A stretch of DNA of 64,000 nt from an uncultured Gammaproteobacteria bacterium (GTDB lineage Bacteria; Pseudomonadota; Gammaproteobacteria; JAURND01). The stretch covers positions 263,670 through 327,669 of the forward strand of contig CAVQQD010000003.1 of NCBI GenBank assembly GCA_963714975.1, given 5' to 3'. Positions 55,081 to 64,000 of the stretch are shown here, one piece after another (within the stretch, counting starts at the first letter, position 1; each line of letters begins with the position of its first letter). The position numbers and the translations under genes are program-made. The notes under the pieces were generated by a model. That model had not been told where the DNA came from, did no database searches, and saw only the letters and a program-made list of their open reading frames with translations.

Positions 55081-57492
55081 TTAGGTTAGAGTGGGGCTTT
55101 TTTCCTCGGCGGGCGGGGTTTGCAATGCTGCTAATGCTTTTGCATAATCAGCCAGATCGGGTAATGCTTTTTGCTGTGTGTGTCGTTCCTCATTATAGAT
55201 TTTGGTTAGGTCTTGATTTTTCTGATTGATTATACAGCACTTAATTAAAGCAATAACCAGTAAAATTGTGCTTCCTCCAAGTACCCCAATGCCCGCATAC
55301 AAGCCTAGGCTACCGATTGCTAAATTGCTTATATCAAGCCCGCTATCAGCAAGTGACAATCCTCCGGCTAGATAGCCTAAACTGGCGCCAAAAAATCCAG
55401 ACTTACACCAAAACATGGATTGTAATTTTAGTTCAGGTGGGGTGATATTACAGTGGTAGGTTAGAATTTTTTGTAGCTGCACAAGCCCGTCAGTCGATTT
55501 GCCTTGTTGAACAAGCCGTTTTCTTTCTCTCTGAATTAAGTGAAATAATGCCGTCGAATCTTGTTTTCCAGGATTTTTTGGGTGGTCAATATTTTCTAGC
55601 GGGATGAGAGAGGGGGAGGTTGCTTGCAGTGTAATTTCCTCATCCAACTTGGTAAAATTTTTAAAAATAAGGCTTAAATTAGTATCATCAGCATTAGAGG
55701 TAAGCTGGTTGTCTTTTAAGCTCTGCAAGAGGGGAGTGAACTTTGGATTTTCAGATTGTGGTTTTTTTTCTAAGCTCTCCAAGCGGGTGATTAACTCTGA
55801 GTTGGGATTTTCCTCAATTAACGTAATGAGCTCCTTGCGCTGTTTATTAATGCTTCTAAAGGTAGCAATAACGTCCCGGGAGGTAAAATTTGGCTTACCG
55901 TTTGTCAAAAAATTACGGATAAAATCTAAATTCAGATGAAATGACTGAAGCCGATGATAAATCTCATTATCCGCAAGTTCTAAGAGTAAAAAAGGGTCCT
56001 CGAGGGGTAATTTACGGGTAGTTAAATATTGGCCATTAAGATATTCATCTATTTCTAAGCGTTTTTCTATTTCTTCTTTAGTAATGGGACCAACTGGTTT
56101 TTTCGATAAATTCAAACTTGGTTTTATAGCACGTTTTTTCTCCTCTAGCGGACCGCTGGTTGATTTATTCTTATTATTTTTAGGGCAGTGATCCTCAACT
56201 AAATGATAGATAATTAAGCTTAAATCTTCTGGCGTGGGTTTAAAATCTGCTTTTTTATATTTTACCTCTGCAAGATACTCTCTCACATCATCCACAGTTA
56301 AAGTGATTGGTTTCGGCAGGGTTACCTGTTGATAAATGTCATTTGACCATTTTAGGATATCATCACTAATATCCCCATTAAAAAATTTAGGGTCGGAGAG
56401 GACGGTGCTGAGATCAGGTCGATGGCGAGGATTTTCCTGGGTGAGGCTTCTTATTAGAGCTATTAATCGCGTTAAACTAGCTTGCTCCTCTGTGGATAGG
56501 GTACATTGCTCTTGTTGTGCTTGAGATTCTATTTCTTTAAGAGACTCTGCAACAACTTGGCATTTATTACTGCCATCAGTCTTTGAAAATTTGGAAGTAA
56601 CTTGAACTCCCCAGGCTGGATAGTGAGAAAATACCGCAATTAAGCCTTGGTAGAGGGTCATCCCTAGGGAAAAGACATCAGCTTTGGGTAAGCTGGGTGG
56701 GAAAATTTGCAGTTGCAAAAGTTCTGGTGCGCAATATAGGAGTGTTCCAGCCTGGTTACTCGCGTTATTGGCTTCGACCATAGTCCCAAGGTCACAGTAT
56801 TTGAGGTATTCAGTACCATTATTGGTTCGAAAAACCAAAAAATTCTCAGGCTTGATATCCCGGTGCACCCAGCCCTTTTGATGTAATCTGTTGGTTAGCG
56901 TGATCAGATGTTTAGCAATGAGTTCTAATGTGGATAAGCTCTTGATTTTTTTGTCAATATAATGAGATAAGTCAAATTCAGCTGCGACAAAAATTTCTTG
57001 TGAAATAAATTTTGTTTTTGTGATAGGAAGATTCAAATCTTGAATTATCTGAGATTCATAAACTTCTGCAGTCCCAACTGCTCTATACGCTAAAGGCCAG
57101 GCAATAATATTGGCCGGCATGTTTTCGTTGCTTAATTGCTCTAGCGTCTTGAAGGATAACTGCGAATGTCGCTCAAGGCGCACCAGAGCAGAATTTTTCT
57201 CCCACACAAATTGGGTTTCTTCGTTAGATAGATTTTCCTTGATTTCTTTAGTCTCTGCAGTTTCTTGGGTTGGATAGGGAATTCCGCGAAATTGCTGGCT
57301 AATTTTTAGTTGTTTGCTTTGGATGCGTTCTACCTTTTTAACCTCGGAGCCCGTTGCCATTATATTTTCTTCCGCATTCTGAAATACAGAGGCTATCCAG
57401 CTAGCATTGAAATCTGGATTTGGTTTGACAGTAAGGGGCTTGTTCTGTGTTAAGCGTTCTAGCTGTTCTAACTGTTGTAACTTTTCTAGCAT
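55081..57492 (-). CDS. Eukaryotic-like Ser/Thr protein kinase, paralog of 51852..54173, with C-terminal membrane hairpin
   Basis: HRDIKPENFLV, DLGT, LLYCAPE. Shares the N-terminus MLEKLQQLEQLERLTQ, the mid-region (TPEDLSLIIYHLVEDHCPKNNK identical) and the C-terminal TM hairpin with the paralog; 803 aa. Confidence 0.8.
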   Translation of the reverse strand: MLEKLQQLEQLERLTQNKPLTVKPNPDFNASWIASVFQNAEENIMATGSEVKKVERIQSKQLKISQQFRGIPYPTQETAETKEIKENLSNEETQFVWEKNSALVRLERHSQLSFKTLEQLSNENMPANIIAWPLAYRAVGTAEVYESQIIQDLNLPITKTKFISQEIFVAAEFDLSHYIDKKIKSLSTLELIAKHLITLTNRLHQKGWVHRDIKPENFLVFRTNNGTEYLKYCDLGTMVEANNASNQAGTLLYCAPELLQLQIFPPSLPKADVFSLGMTLYQGLIAVFSHYPAWGVQVTSKFSKTDGSNKCQVVAESLKEIESQAQQEQCTLSTEEQASLTRLIALIRSLTQENPRHRPDLSTVLSDPKFFNGDISDDILKWSNDIYQQVTLPKPITLTVDDVREYLAEVKYKKADFKPTPEDLSLIIYHLVEDHCPKNNKNKSTSGPLEEKKRAIKPSLNLSKKPVGPITKEEIEKRLEIDEYLNGQYLTTRKLPLEDPFLLLELADNEIYHRLQSFHLNLDFIRNFLTNGKPNFTSRDVIATFRSINKQRKELITLIEENPNSELITRLESLEKKPQSENPKFTPLLQSLKDNQLTSNADDTNLSLIFKNFTKLDEEITLQATSPSLIPLENIDHPKNPGKQDSTALFHLIQRERKRLVQQGKSTDGLVQLQKILTYHCNITPPELKLQSMFWCKSGFFGASLGYLAGGLSLADSGLDISNLAIGSLGLYAGIGVLGGSTILLVIALIKCCIINQKNQDLTKIYNEERHTQQKALPDLADYAKALAALQTPPAEEKSPTLT

Positions 57493-57637
57493 AAAATTCC
57501 TAAGGTTTTACGTTGAGTTGTTGAGTATCATAGCAGTTCAGGCTTAGTATTTTCTTAAAGCTAGGTATTTAGATCAGGCAATGCGTTTGTTGGATGAGTG
57601 TATTGCTCAGCTAGCAGCTTTTTGCTATGGTTGCTCC

Positions 57638-58159
57638 ATGCGTTATTTGCTTCCCTTACTGATATTTGCAGCATTGGCGGGCTTGTTCTGGAAAGGATTA
57701 CAGCAAGACCCACATCAATTGCCCTCGGCTTTTATTAATAAACCATTACCGACTTTTCGTTACTCGAGTCTTGGGGATTCTTCGCGTATCATCAGTAATC
57801 AAGCCTTGTTGGGTCATGTGTTATTGCTGAATGTATGGGCAACTTGGTGTGTAACCTGTCGCGCAGAGCACGCGGTGTTGATGGATATCGCTCAATCTAA
57901 GCAAGTAAAGGTAATTGGGCTCAATTATAAAGATGACGAGAAGGCGGCTCAAGCATGGCTCAAGCAGTATGGCAACCCCTATCACGAGGTTATATTTGAT
58001 CCGCAGGGGACATTGGGTATTGATCTTGGAGTCTATGGTACTCCAGAAACCTTTGTCATCGATGCGAATGGGGTGATTCGTTATAAACATGTTGGTCCGC
58101 TGAGTCCTAGTGCTTGGCGGGAAAAAATTGCACCGGTAGTGAGGCAATGGTTAAGTTAA
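57638..58159 (+). CDS. ccmG: Thiol:disulfide interchange protein DsbE/CcmG (cytochrome c maturation)
   Basis: LLNVWATWCVTCRAEH (WCxxC thioredoxin motif), GVYGTPETFVIDANGVIRYKH. Confidence 0.85.
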   Translation: MRYLLPLLIFAALAGLFWKGLQQDPHQLPSAFINKPLPTFRYSSLGDSSRIISNQALLGHVLLLNVWATWCVTCRAEHAVLMDIAQSKQVKVIGLNYKDDEKAAQAWLKQYGNPYHEVIFDPQGTLGIDLGVYGTPETFVIDANGVIRYKHVGPLSPSAWREKIAPVVRQWLS

Positions 58160-58566
58160 TCCTAATGAGTTTCATTGGCCTATGTTGTCTGGCAGCCGGG
58201 GCACAAGCAGTAGAAACTTATCACTTTGCTTCCAAGCAACAGCAAGAGCAGTTCAGGTCCGTTACTCAGGAATTGCGTTGTTTGGTCTGTCAGAATGAAA
58301 CCATCGCGGATTCCAATGCCCCCTTAGCCCGAGATTTACGCAGCCAGGTCTATCAGAAAATTCTTGCTGGAGAAGATAAAACTGCAATAATTCATTATTT
58401 AGTCGAGCGCTACGGGCAATTTATTTTATTTAAGCCCGCCTTTAATTCCGCTACTTGGGTGTTGTGGCTGTTCCCAGTTATCTTTATTTTGCTAGGATTT
58501 ATTTTTGTGCTACACCTAATTCGCCGCGCTAAAGCTAGGATCCCCTCTCCTCCGCCTGAGCGTTAG
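58147..58566 (+). CDS. ccmH: Cytochrome c-type biogenesis protein CcmH (CcmL part)
   Basis: LRCLVCQNETIADSNAPLARDLR (LRCxxC), C-terminal TM helix. The last ~10 codons and the stop lie inside a palindromic repeat. Confidence 0.8.
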   Translation: MVKLILMSFIGLCCLAAGAQAVETYHFASKQQQEQFRSVTQELRCLVCQNETIADSNAPLARDLRSQVYQKILAGEDKTAIIHYLVERYGQFILFKPAFNSATWVLWLFPVIFILLGFIFVLHLIRRAKARIPSPPPER

Positions 58567-58660
58567 CGAAGGAAGGTGGGAGAGGGGGTGGACGGGCCTG
58601 ACTCACCCCTCATCCGGCCTGCGGCCACCTTCTCCCACAAGGGGAGAAGGAATAAGAGAG
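58541..58660. repeat. Composite palindromic repeats between ccmH and ccmI'
   Basis: Units shared with 17031..17090 and, inverted, 14295..14345. Confidence 0.55.
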
Positions 58661-58667
58661 GCTTACT

Positions 58668-59078
58668 ATGATAATTTTTTGGTCCATCATTATCCTCATG
58701 ACATTACTGGCAGTAGGAATTTTCTTCTTCCCATTACGTCACTGGATCTTGCTTAAACCGGGTAGGGCAGTGGCGATTTCCCTTGGAACCACTTTCAGCC
58801 TTGGTCTGATGGCGGGTGGGCTCTATTGGAAATTAGGCGCTAGTCAGCCGCTTACGGATTATTTATTAGCAGAAAAAAAACAGGCGCAGATTGTGGCCGA
58901 ATTAGCTCGCTTAGGTAGCGTGGAAAACATTATTGCTCAGCTGAAGCAGCGCGTTGAGCAGCACCCTGATAGTCGTGGTTGGTATTTGTTGGGACGTTTG
59001 TACTTACAAACTCAGCAATTCGAATTGGCAGCTCAGGCTTTTGAGAAGGCTAAATCCCTTTTAACCCCCTCTCCCTAA
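58668..59078 (+). CDS. ccmI: CcmI/CycH-like protein (N-terminal TM + single TPR), apparently truncated at a repeat insertion
   Basis: TM helix plus TPR-like WYLLGRLYLQTQQFELAAQAFEKA; only 136 aa against the typical ~300-400; the ORF runs into repeat DNA at 59061. Confidence 0.5.
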   Translation: MIIFWSIIILMTLLAVGIFFFPLRHWILLKPGRAVAISLGTTFSLGLMAGGLYWKLGASQPLTDYLLAEKKQAQIVAELARLGSVENIIAQLKQRVEQHPDSRGWYLLGRLYLQTQQFELAAQAFEKAKSLLTPSP

Positions 59079-59260
59079 CCCTCTCCCCCCTTCTAAATCT
59101 CCTCTCCACCCCTCCGTCATCCTGAGCTCCACCCCTCCGTCATCCTGAGCTCCCCCTCTCCGTCATCCTGAGCGAAGCGAAGGATCTCCTGCAACTGGCA
59201 TGGAGATCCCTCGTTGCAAGCTCCTCGGGATGACGGAGAGGGGGGATTGCCTGTTGACGA
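59061..59260. repeat. Composite repeat: ccctctcc units, 3x tandem ccgtcatcctgagc(tcc), and a ~95-bp imperfect inverted repeat (ccgtcatcctgagcgaagcgaaggatctcc ... ggagatccctcg..gggatgacgg)
   Basis: Seen directly; half-unit homolog at 27893..27925. Confidence 0.55.
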
Positions 59261-59302
59261 CACTGCCAAACTTTGCTATCTATGTTTCCCCGTTCTCGGA
59301 TG

Positions 59303-59378
59303 CGCCCGTAGCTCAGCTGGATAGAGTACCTGGCTTCGAACCAGGTGGTCGGGAGTTCGAATCTCTCCGGGCGCGCCA
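59303..59378 (+). tRNA. tRNA-Arg (anticodon TCG)
   Basis: gcgcccgtagctcagctggatagagt...anticodon loop cTTCGaa...ggttcgaatc...cgggcgc-g-CCA; 76 nt; closely resembles E. coli argV apart from the anticodon arm. Confidence 0.88.
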
Positions 59379-59402
59379 AATTTCTCCTGAGGAGACAGCT
59401 TT

Positions 59403-60278
59403 ATGTTTCACGGCAGTATGGTGGCCTTAGTAACCCCTATGCTTGACGATGGCGTAATCGATGTTGAAAACTTACGTCGTTTGGTGGAATGGCATATTGA
59501 ACAAGGCACTCAAGCTCTAGTCATTTTAGGAACCACTGGTGAGGGTTCTACCATTAATCATGCCGAACGTGGTTTAGTCATACAACAAGTAATTGCCCAA
59601 GCGCGTGCACGGATCCCGGTAATAGTGGGCACGGGTACTAATTCCACCGAAGTCTCTATTCACCGCACCAAAGAAGCCATGGAATTGGGCGCCGATGCTT
59701 GTTTGTTAGTGGTTCCTTATTATAGTAAGCCCACTCCAGAGGGGCTTTATCAGCACTTTAGAGCAATTGCTCAAGCGGTGCCGATTCCGCAAATTCTTTA
59801 CAATGTACCGGCACGTACTGGCTGTGACTTAAAGCCAGCTACTATTGCGCATTTAAGCTCCTTCCCTAATATTATTGGCATAAAAGAAGCGAGTGGTGAT
59901 ATCAGTCGACTACAGGAAATTACGAGCTTGATTGACCAAGAATTAGATTTGTTTAGTGGAGATGATGCGACTTGTTTCGATTTTATGTTAGCCGGAGGTC
60001 GGGGCGTCATTTCAGTGACAGCGAATGTAGCTCCTAAGCAAATGCGTGCGCTCTGTGATGCCACACTCAAAGGTCGGCAGGACGAGGGTAGAAAATTAAA
60101 CGAGCATTTAATGGATTTACATAAAAATTTATTCGTAGAAAGCAACCCCATTCCGGTAAAATGGGCCTTGCATAAGATGGGCATGATTCCGCGAGGAATA
60201 CGCCTTCCATTGACCCCTTTATCTGAGGAATATCATCAAGCAGTTGGCAATTCTTTAGATAAGATTATTTCAAGTTGA
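59403..60278 (+). CDS. dapA: 4-hydroxy-tetrahydrodipicolinate synthase
   Basis: MFHGSMVALVTPM...GTTGEGSTINH, Schiff-base Lys region (IIGIKEASGD); 291 aa. Confidence 0.95.
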   Translation: MFHGSMVALVTPMLDDGVIDVENLRRLVEWHIEQGTQALVILGTTGEGSTINHAERGLVIQQVIAQARARIPVIVGTGTNSTEVSIHRTKEAMELGADACLLVVPYYSKPTPEGLYQHFRAIAQAVPIPQILYNVPARTGCDLKPATIAHLSSFPNIIGIKEASGDISRLQEITSLIDQELDLFSGDDATCFDFMLAGGRGVISVTANVAPKQMRALCDATLKGRQDEGRKLNEHLMDLHKNLFVESNPIPVKWALHKMGMIPRGIRLPLTPLSEEYHQAVGNSLDKIISS

Positions 60279-60288
60279 GGAGAAACAA

Positions 60289-60945
60289 ATGCAGCGCTAT
60301 GGAAACTTACCATCAAATCCCCTCTCCCCTTGTGGGAGAGGGTTAGGGAGAGGGGAGCTAAGACTGTTCCTTTCTTCCCTGATTCTATCTGGAGTCGTAG
60401 CTTGTACTACTACATCGCCAGAAAAAGTTGCAAGCCGAAGTCAGATCCCGCAGATACCCCAGCAGGCTCAACTAGACAGCGTAGCTTCTGTTACGGTTCC
60501 GGCGGATTTAAGTGCTTCCAATATCAAAAATAATTATGCTATTCCTGAAGCAGAAGCGACTGAACAGCCTAGTTCTTTAGCCCCTCCAGGGAGCAATTTG
60601 CAAAAAATTCAGGCGCAAAATCAACCTGCCACGGCGCAAGCGGCAACTTTTAGCGGCAGCAGTTTGCAGTTAAATATGCCATTTGCCACCGCTTGGAATA
60701 AGGTAGGCAGGGCCTTGCCGGCAGCTGGATATCAAGTTATGGAAAAATACAGTTATTCTGGAACCTATTATATTTTGGATAAAGCCGGTACTGGTGGCGT
60801 AGTGAAGCGAGATACCCAAATTTATCAAGTTCATTTGCAGAAAAATGGTGATGCCACAGCCGTTAGTTTGTTAAATGATAAAAATCAGTCTGCAGATTCG
60901 GCAATCTCTGGACGTATCTTAGGCGCATTAAAAAATAAGTTGTAA
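60289..60945 (+). CDS. Putative lipoprotein, positional equivalent of BamC/NlpB (dapA-bamC-purC); the N-terminal coding region contains a palindromic repeat
   Basis: Lipobox-like LILSGVVAC; 218 aa; synteny only. The repeat at 60321..60360 lies inside the annotated 5' end, so the true start may be downstream. Confidence 0.4.
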   Translation: MQRYGNLPSNPLSPCGRGLGRGELRLFLSSLILSGVVACTTTSPEKVASRSQIPQIPQQAQLDSVASVTVPADLSASNIKNNYAIPEAEATEQPSSLAPPGSNLQKIQAQNQPATAQAATFSGSSLQLNMPFATAWNKVGRALPAAGYQVMEKYSYSGTYYILDKAGTGGVVKRDTQIYQVHLQKNGDATAVSLLNDKNQSADSAISGRILGALKNKL

Positions 60946-60947
60946 AT

Positions 60948-61688
60948 ATGCTAACTAAGCAAGATTTCCGCTACTCAGGTAAGGCGAAGTCCCTTTATAC
61001 GACTGAAGACCCGCATTACCTCATTATGGAGTTTCGAGATGACACCAGCGCCTTTGATGGTAGCAAAAAGGCGCAATTAACGCATAAGGGAGCGATTAAT
61101 AATTGCTTCAATGCCTTTATCATGCAGCATTTAGAAGCAGCTGGGGTTGAGACACAGTGGGTCGAGTTATTTTCTGACCATGAATCGGTGGTAAAAAATT
61201 TGGACATGATCCCAGTTGAATGTGTGGTACGCAATATTGCTGCTGGCCATTTATGTAGTCGCGTTGGCGTTGCAGAAGGGATGGACCTCATTCCCCCGAC
61301 TTTTGAGTTCTTTTTAAAAAATGATGCCTTGCATGATCCGATGATTAATGAATCAATCATTAGAACCCTGGGTTGGGCCAGTGAAGATGAAATGGCTTTT
61401 ATGCAGCAACAATCGCTCAAGATCAATGAAATATTAAAATCTTTATTTAGTCAGTCTGGGCTGTTGTTAGTCGATTTTAAACTCGAATTTGGGCGCTACC
61501 AACAGCATCTAATTTTAGGCGATGAATTTACCCCCGATGGTTGCCGGATTTGGGATGCAATAACGCGTAAGAAATTAGACAAAGACCGTTTTCGTCAGGA
61601 CTTGGGGGGCGTGATTGAGGCTTATGAAGAAGTATCCCATCGTTTAGGTGTTTCTTACGAAACTGGAGAGGTACCGAAGCGGTCATAA
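60948..61688 (+). CDS. purC: Phosphoribosylaminoimidazole-succinocarboxamide synthase
   Basis: [34 protein letters not shown] synthetase fold; the 3' end overlaps tRNA-Ser, so the true stop may be earlier. Confidence 0.88.
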   Translation: MLTKQDFRYSGKAKSLYTTEDPHYLIMEFRDDTSAFDGSKKAQLTHKGAINNCFNAFIMQHLEAAGVETQWVELFSDHESVVKNLDMIPVECVVRNIAAGHLCSRVGVAEGMDLIPPTFEFFLKNDALHDPMINESIIRTLGWASEDEMAFMQQQSLKINEILKSLFSQSGLLLVDFKLEFGRYQQHLILGDEFTPDGCRIWDAITRKKLDKDRFRQDLGGVIEAYEEVSHRLGVSYETGEVPKRS

Positions 61689-61753
61689 CGGCGCCGACTC
61701 GAAATCGGATGGGGCGCAAGCCCACGTGGGTTCGAATCCCACCCTCTCCGCCA
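61665..61753 (+). tRNA. tRNA-Ser (anticodon CGA)
   Basis: ggagagg...anticodon loop cTCGAaa...long variable arm atggggcgcaagccc...ttcgaatcc...cctctcc-g-CCA; 89 nt. Confidence 0.85.
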
Positions 61754-61779
61754 AAATTTAATCTAAGAGGAAATTAAAT

Positions 61780-62811
61780 ATGACAACTGAATTACGCGGC
61801 AAAGAGAAGATATTGTACGAATATGCTGTAATCCCACCTGAACGTTCCCTTCAAGCAAATCCAGGCGAGAAAACAACAGAAAAATTGCTAGAAGAGCGTA
61901 TTAATGGCATTTTTCTTAATGAGATTGAGCATATTTTAGCCGAGACGAAGGGTGGTCATTCAGAACAAATATTTTTGGGAGATTATCAAGTTACTAGTAT
62001 CCAAGATGGATTGTCAGAGTCAGCGCAGGGATTCCAGCTAACTCATGTCGGGGGTTTAGAGGATGCCAAAAAAAAAGATCGAGAAGTAGAAATTGACGAG
62101 CTTGTCGATCTCTTAAAGCAAGACCTCGGTTTTAAAGGTGGCAAAGCACCTAAATCGCCAATGCGTCGTCCTCATTGCAAAATTTGGGCAGCAGGTCAAA
62201 GTCCAATGACAAACGATCCTTTTCCTATATTTAGATTGGTTGATCCGCCCAAGGAAAATGTTTATACGTTTCTAAAACCTCTTAGTCTGGTCAAGCATTA
62301 CTACTCCGCAGAGCAGCTGCTAAATGCTAAAGCTTCTGGAGGAGAATATCACGGGTTTTCTAAGGACAGGACCCGAGCTTGGTCAGATAACAAACCACCA
62401 TACTATACAGCCCACTATAGGCATCTAGAGGAGAAGAGGAGCTCAAATACAACCGTACCATACTATCAGCAAGTGAAATGCTCTGATGATGATTTGGGGC
62501 ATGGACTCAAGGATTTTTATTTTGACTATGAGGCTTTTAATATAAACAAGTCAACATTTGTTGCAAATACCTATAAACCAGTCAGTGCTATAGCAGCGAC
62601 GGCGATAGCCGGAAATGTTTTATTTTTTCATTTTGTATCACTACAAGACCTGAGAGCACCAATGTTTGGTGCGATCCCTGTTGTACTAGCAGAGGTCCTT
62701 CTTTTGTACCTTCTTGTAGTATCAATTAGCGCGGAATTTACTCGACAACAGGATGAATATTTTGAAACTGCTTGTATTCAAAGAGATCCTGAATCAATAG
62801 TACTAACTTAA
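61780..62811 (+). CDS. Hypothetical protein with C-terminal hydrophobic segments; tRNA-adjacent, possible effector
   Basis: 343 aa; no recognisable motif; C-terminal TM-like AIAATAIAGNVLFF and AIPVVLAEVLLLYLLVVSI. Confidence 0.35.
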   Translation: MTTELRGKEKILYEYAVIPPERSLQANPGEKTTEKLLEERINGIFLNEIEHILAETKGGHSEQIFLGDYQVTSIQDGLSESAQGFQLTHVGGLEDAKKKDREVEIDELVDLLKQDLGFKGGKAPKSPMRRPHCKIWAAGQSPMTNDPFPIFRLVDPPKENVYTFLKPLSLVKHYYSAEQLLNAKASGGEYHGFSKDRTRAWSDNKPPYYTAHYRHLEEKRSSNTTVPYYQQVKCSDDDLGHGLKDFYFDYEAFNINKSTFVANTYKPVSAIAATAIAGNVLFFHFVSLQDLRAPMFGAIPVVLAEVLLLYLLVVSISAEFTRQQDEYFETACIQRDPESIVLT

Positions 62812-62828
62812 GAAATAGTGATGGAACT

Positions 62829-62923
62829 ATTCACCACGATTTTGCCTCTCCCCTTGGGAGAGGCCGCCGCGCCGTAAGGCGCGCGGGTGAGGGGTAAGCA
62901 GCAGTTAGCATTTAGCTAATAAA
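62829..62923. repeat. Truncated (5' half only) copy C of the ~195-bp MITE
   Basis: Matches 7912..~8010 / 28609..~28705 with a 2-nt deletion in the palindrome core; homology ends at ...tttagctaataaa. Confidence 0.65.
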
Positions 62924-63341
62924 CCTAAAAACGGCAGTTGAAGGACTTCCTAACCCATAAAACTCTGATCAAATATCTTCCAACAAAGTACCTTTTTTTC
63001 AATTTTATGTGGGTGCTGATAAACCAAGTGGTGGCTGCAGCGACTTTCCATTTAAATATTTTCCTACTGCTTGACTCAAAATTCGATACCAACATTGATC
63101 ATGTGTTAACTGCTCCGGGTGAGTAGACCAGGGCATTTCAGCCCCAGCCCCTCTCAGAACAGTGCATGAACCTCTCGATTCACACTGCTCCCATTAAGCA
63201 AATTCCCCAATCCAACCCATACGTCAGTGCGCAAATAAATTTCGGTTAGTTTTAGCAATATTTTCTAAAACTTTTCCTGCTTTCGCTTTACGCCCCATCT
63301 AATTCCCATAAATGATACCCTAGGTGCGAATAGTAATTTAG

Positions 63342-63632
63342 TCACATTGAGCTTTTTATTTGTTTTTTTAGAAGGCTATAAAAATTTTCGTGAGGGGCAA
63401 ACGAGACCAAGGTTAATTCATCCGTTTCTTCTTCATAAAGGTAAGCAAGCAATATTAATTGCTGTAAAATACGAAACTTATAAACACGAATCCCAGCTAA
63501 ATCTCCCTTCTTTAATTCACCAATAGGAGGGTCGTTCTCAATTTCCTCAATTGCTTCTTTAAGCGCAACCAATTGATTACGATGCAGCTTTTTCGCTGCG
63601 CGTAAGAAAGTATTGGTTCGTAAAACCTTCAT
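63342..63632 (-). CDS. Type II toxin, ParE/RelE superfamily
   Basis: 96 aa; RelE/ParE-like pattern ...GIRVYKFRI..QLILLAYLYEEETDELTLVSFAPHENFY. Confidence 0.6.
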   Translation of the reverse strand: MKVLRTNTFLRAAKKLHRNQLVALKEAIEEIENDPPIGELKKGDLAGIRVYKFRILQQLILLAYLYEEETDELTLVSFAPHENFYSLLKKQIKSSM

Positions 63633-63853
63633 AATTCATCCGGATCATATTCTTGAACATTACCAAGTCGCACATCTTCGAGACCCAACAAAATTCCTTT
63701 AACAGCCTCATAGTTAAGGTCTGGATTTTCTTCAGCAATACGACCTATTTTGGCCCAGTGCTCGATCTGCTTAGGGACGGAACGGCTTTCTGCTCTAGAA
63801 TAAGAACGCGCAATACTAACTAAGTCATTATCTAAATTAACAGCAATTCCCAT
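63629..63853 (-). CDS. Type II antitoxin (ParD-like), upstream partner
   Basis: 74 aa; 4-nt ATGA overlap with the downstream toxin; small acidic C-terminus. Confidence 0.55.
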   Translation of the reverse strand: MGIAVNLDNDLVSIARSYSRAESRSVPKQIEHWAKIGRIAEENPDLNYEAVKGILLGLEDVRLGNVQEYDPDEL

Positions 63854-64000
63854 GATCTACCTCCAATAATTTACTTAACTAAAGTATACAATATAATATT
63901 GCTTAATGCAATAAGGAATTACAATATATAACATTACATTAAGCTTGATTATTGACTCTTCAGCCTCATTACCATATCCAACGGTCAAATCCAATTCGAA

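Noticed and set aside
59140-59430. ORFs 59140..59379 (-) and 59200..59430 (+)
   Set aside because: Both run through the composite repeat and tRNA-Arg. They are artefacts of the repeat and tRNA sequence.
60289-60945. Confident BamC assignment
   Set aside because: Supported only by dapA-x-purC synteny and a lipobox-like motif. The protein is much shorter than BamC and its 5' end contains a repeat, so it is reported as a putative lipoprotein at low confidence.

Overview
This is a 64-kb chromosomal window at about 43% GC, most consistent with a Legionellales-type (Coxiella-like) intracellular gammaproteobacterium. Three things point that way: many Sel1-repeat proteins, paralogous eukaryotic-like Ser/Thr kinases, and a dense scattering of GC-rich palindromic repeat/MITE elements in intergenic regions. 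The organism assignment is an inference and I cannot confirm it without a database search.

The backbone is conserved housekeeping synteny shared with E. coli: radA; leuS; uvrY(gacA)-uvrC-pgsA-tRNA-Gly; infA; trxB-nrdB-nrdA; serS/ispH; ubiX; dprA-smg-topA; xseB-ispA-dxs; ccmG-ccmH-ccmI'; tRNA-Arg-dapA-(bamC-like)-purC-tRNA-Ser.

Accessory material is interleaved with it:
- a solo TnpB (IS200/IS605 OrfB-type RNA-guided nuclease) with no tnpA, wedged between radA and a Sel1 gene;
- four Sel1-repeat genes, including a tandem duplication whose second copy carries a microhomology-mediated deletion;
- two paralogous STPKs with C-terminal membrane hairpins flanking a Fic pseudogene;
- two paralogs of an AAA-ATPase-like/PD-(D/E)XK fusion, one frameshifted in a T5 homopolymer;
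- HigBA-like and ParDE-like TA modules;
- a CueR-like MerR regulator divergent from a CGC-motif membrane protein;
- an orphan REC-only response regulator.

Two structural oddities stand out. nrdA is split by an apparent 2-nt (GC) deletion. About 195-bp MITEs with roughly 35-bp terminal inverted repeats (two full copies, one truncated) and several families of shorter palindromic repeats supply start or stop codons to adjacent genes.

I found no CRISPR array, rRNA, or recognisable phage/conjugative module.
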